Part shown: positions 63,883 to 64,000 of the stretch, one piece after another
Numbering within the stretch: position 1 is the first letter of the stretch
Layout: each line of letters starts with the position of its first letter
Translations under genes and position numbers: made by a program
Notes under the pieces: model-generated
Databases searched by the model: none
What the model saw: only the letters and a program-made list of their open reading frames with translations
What the model was told of the DNA's origin: nothing
Assembly (NCBI GenBank): GCA_964016885.1
Contig: OZ024740.1
Location: forward strand, 202,182,001-202,246,000
Source: Eledone cirrhosa
Taxonomy: Eukaryota
Length of the DNA stretch: 64,000 nt
Direction of reading: 5' to 3'

Positions 63883-64000
63883 ATGTATGAATGTATGTAT
63901 GTGTATATGTGTGTATATATGTGTATGTGTGTGTAGGTGTACGCTTTTTATATATATATATATATGTGTATATGTATATGTGTATGCGTACATTTATATA

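Overview
AT-rich, microsatellite-dense animal genomic DNA. The SINE/RTE repertoire and (TA)n/(CA)n density suggest an octopod cephalopod (inference). The only host gene I can support is DCAF8 (WD40 substrate receptor of DDB1-CUL4) on the minus strand. Seven coding exons were reconstructed with consistent GT-AG phases (26136-25134, 12829-12720, 10291-10151, 8539-8445, 7390-7283, 4125-4098, 731-687), and the gene continues past the left edge; a candidate non-coding first exon lies near 37.2 kb. The rest is mobile DNA: a nearly full RTE LINE with a PHD finger inside its RT, CR1/L2/Tx1/RTE relics, tRNA-derived SINEs, piggyBac- and Tc1/mariner-type MITEs, a non-autonomous Helitron, Gypsy integrase/LTR fragments and several Penelope-like elements (PLEs). 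The most striking pattern is a cluster of PLE 3' ends that carry type-I hammerhead ribozyme motifs, sit mostly in (TA)n tracts and often form fold-back palindromes or long inverted repeats (8.1, 29.4-30.0, 38.1-38.6, 47.4-49.3, 56.5-56.9, 63.3-63.8 kb). Two diverged copies share the same fold-back point. All calls were made by eye; no searches or folding programs were run.
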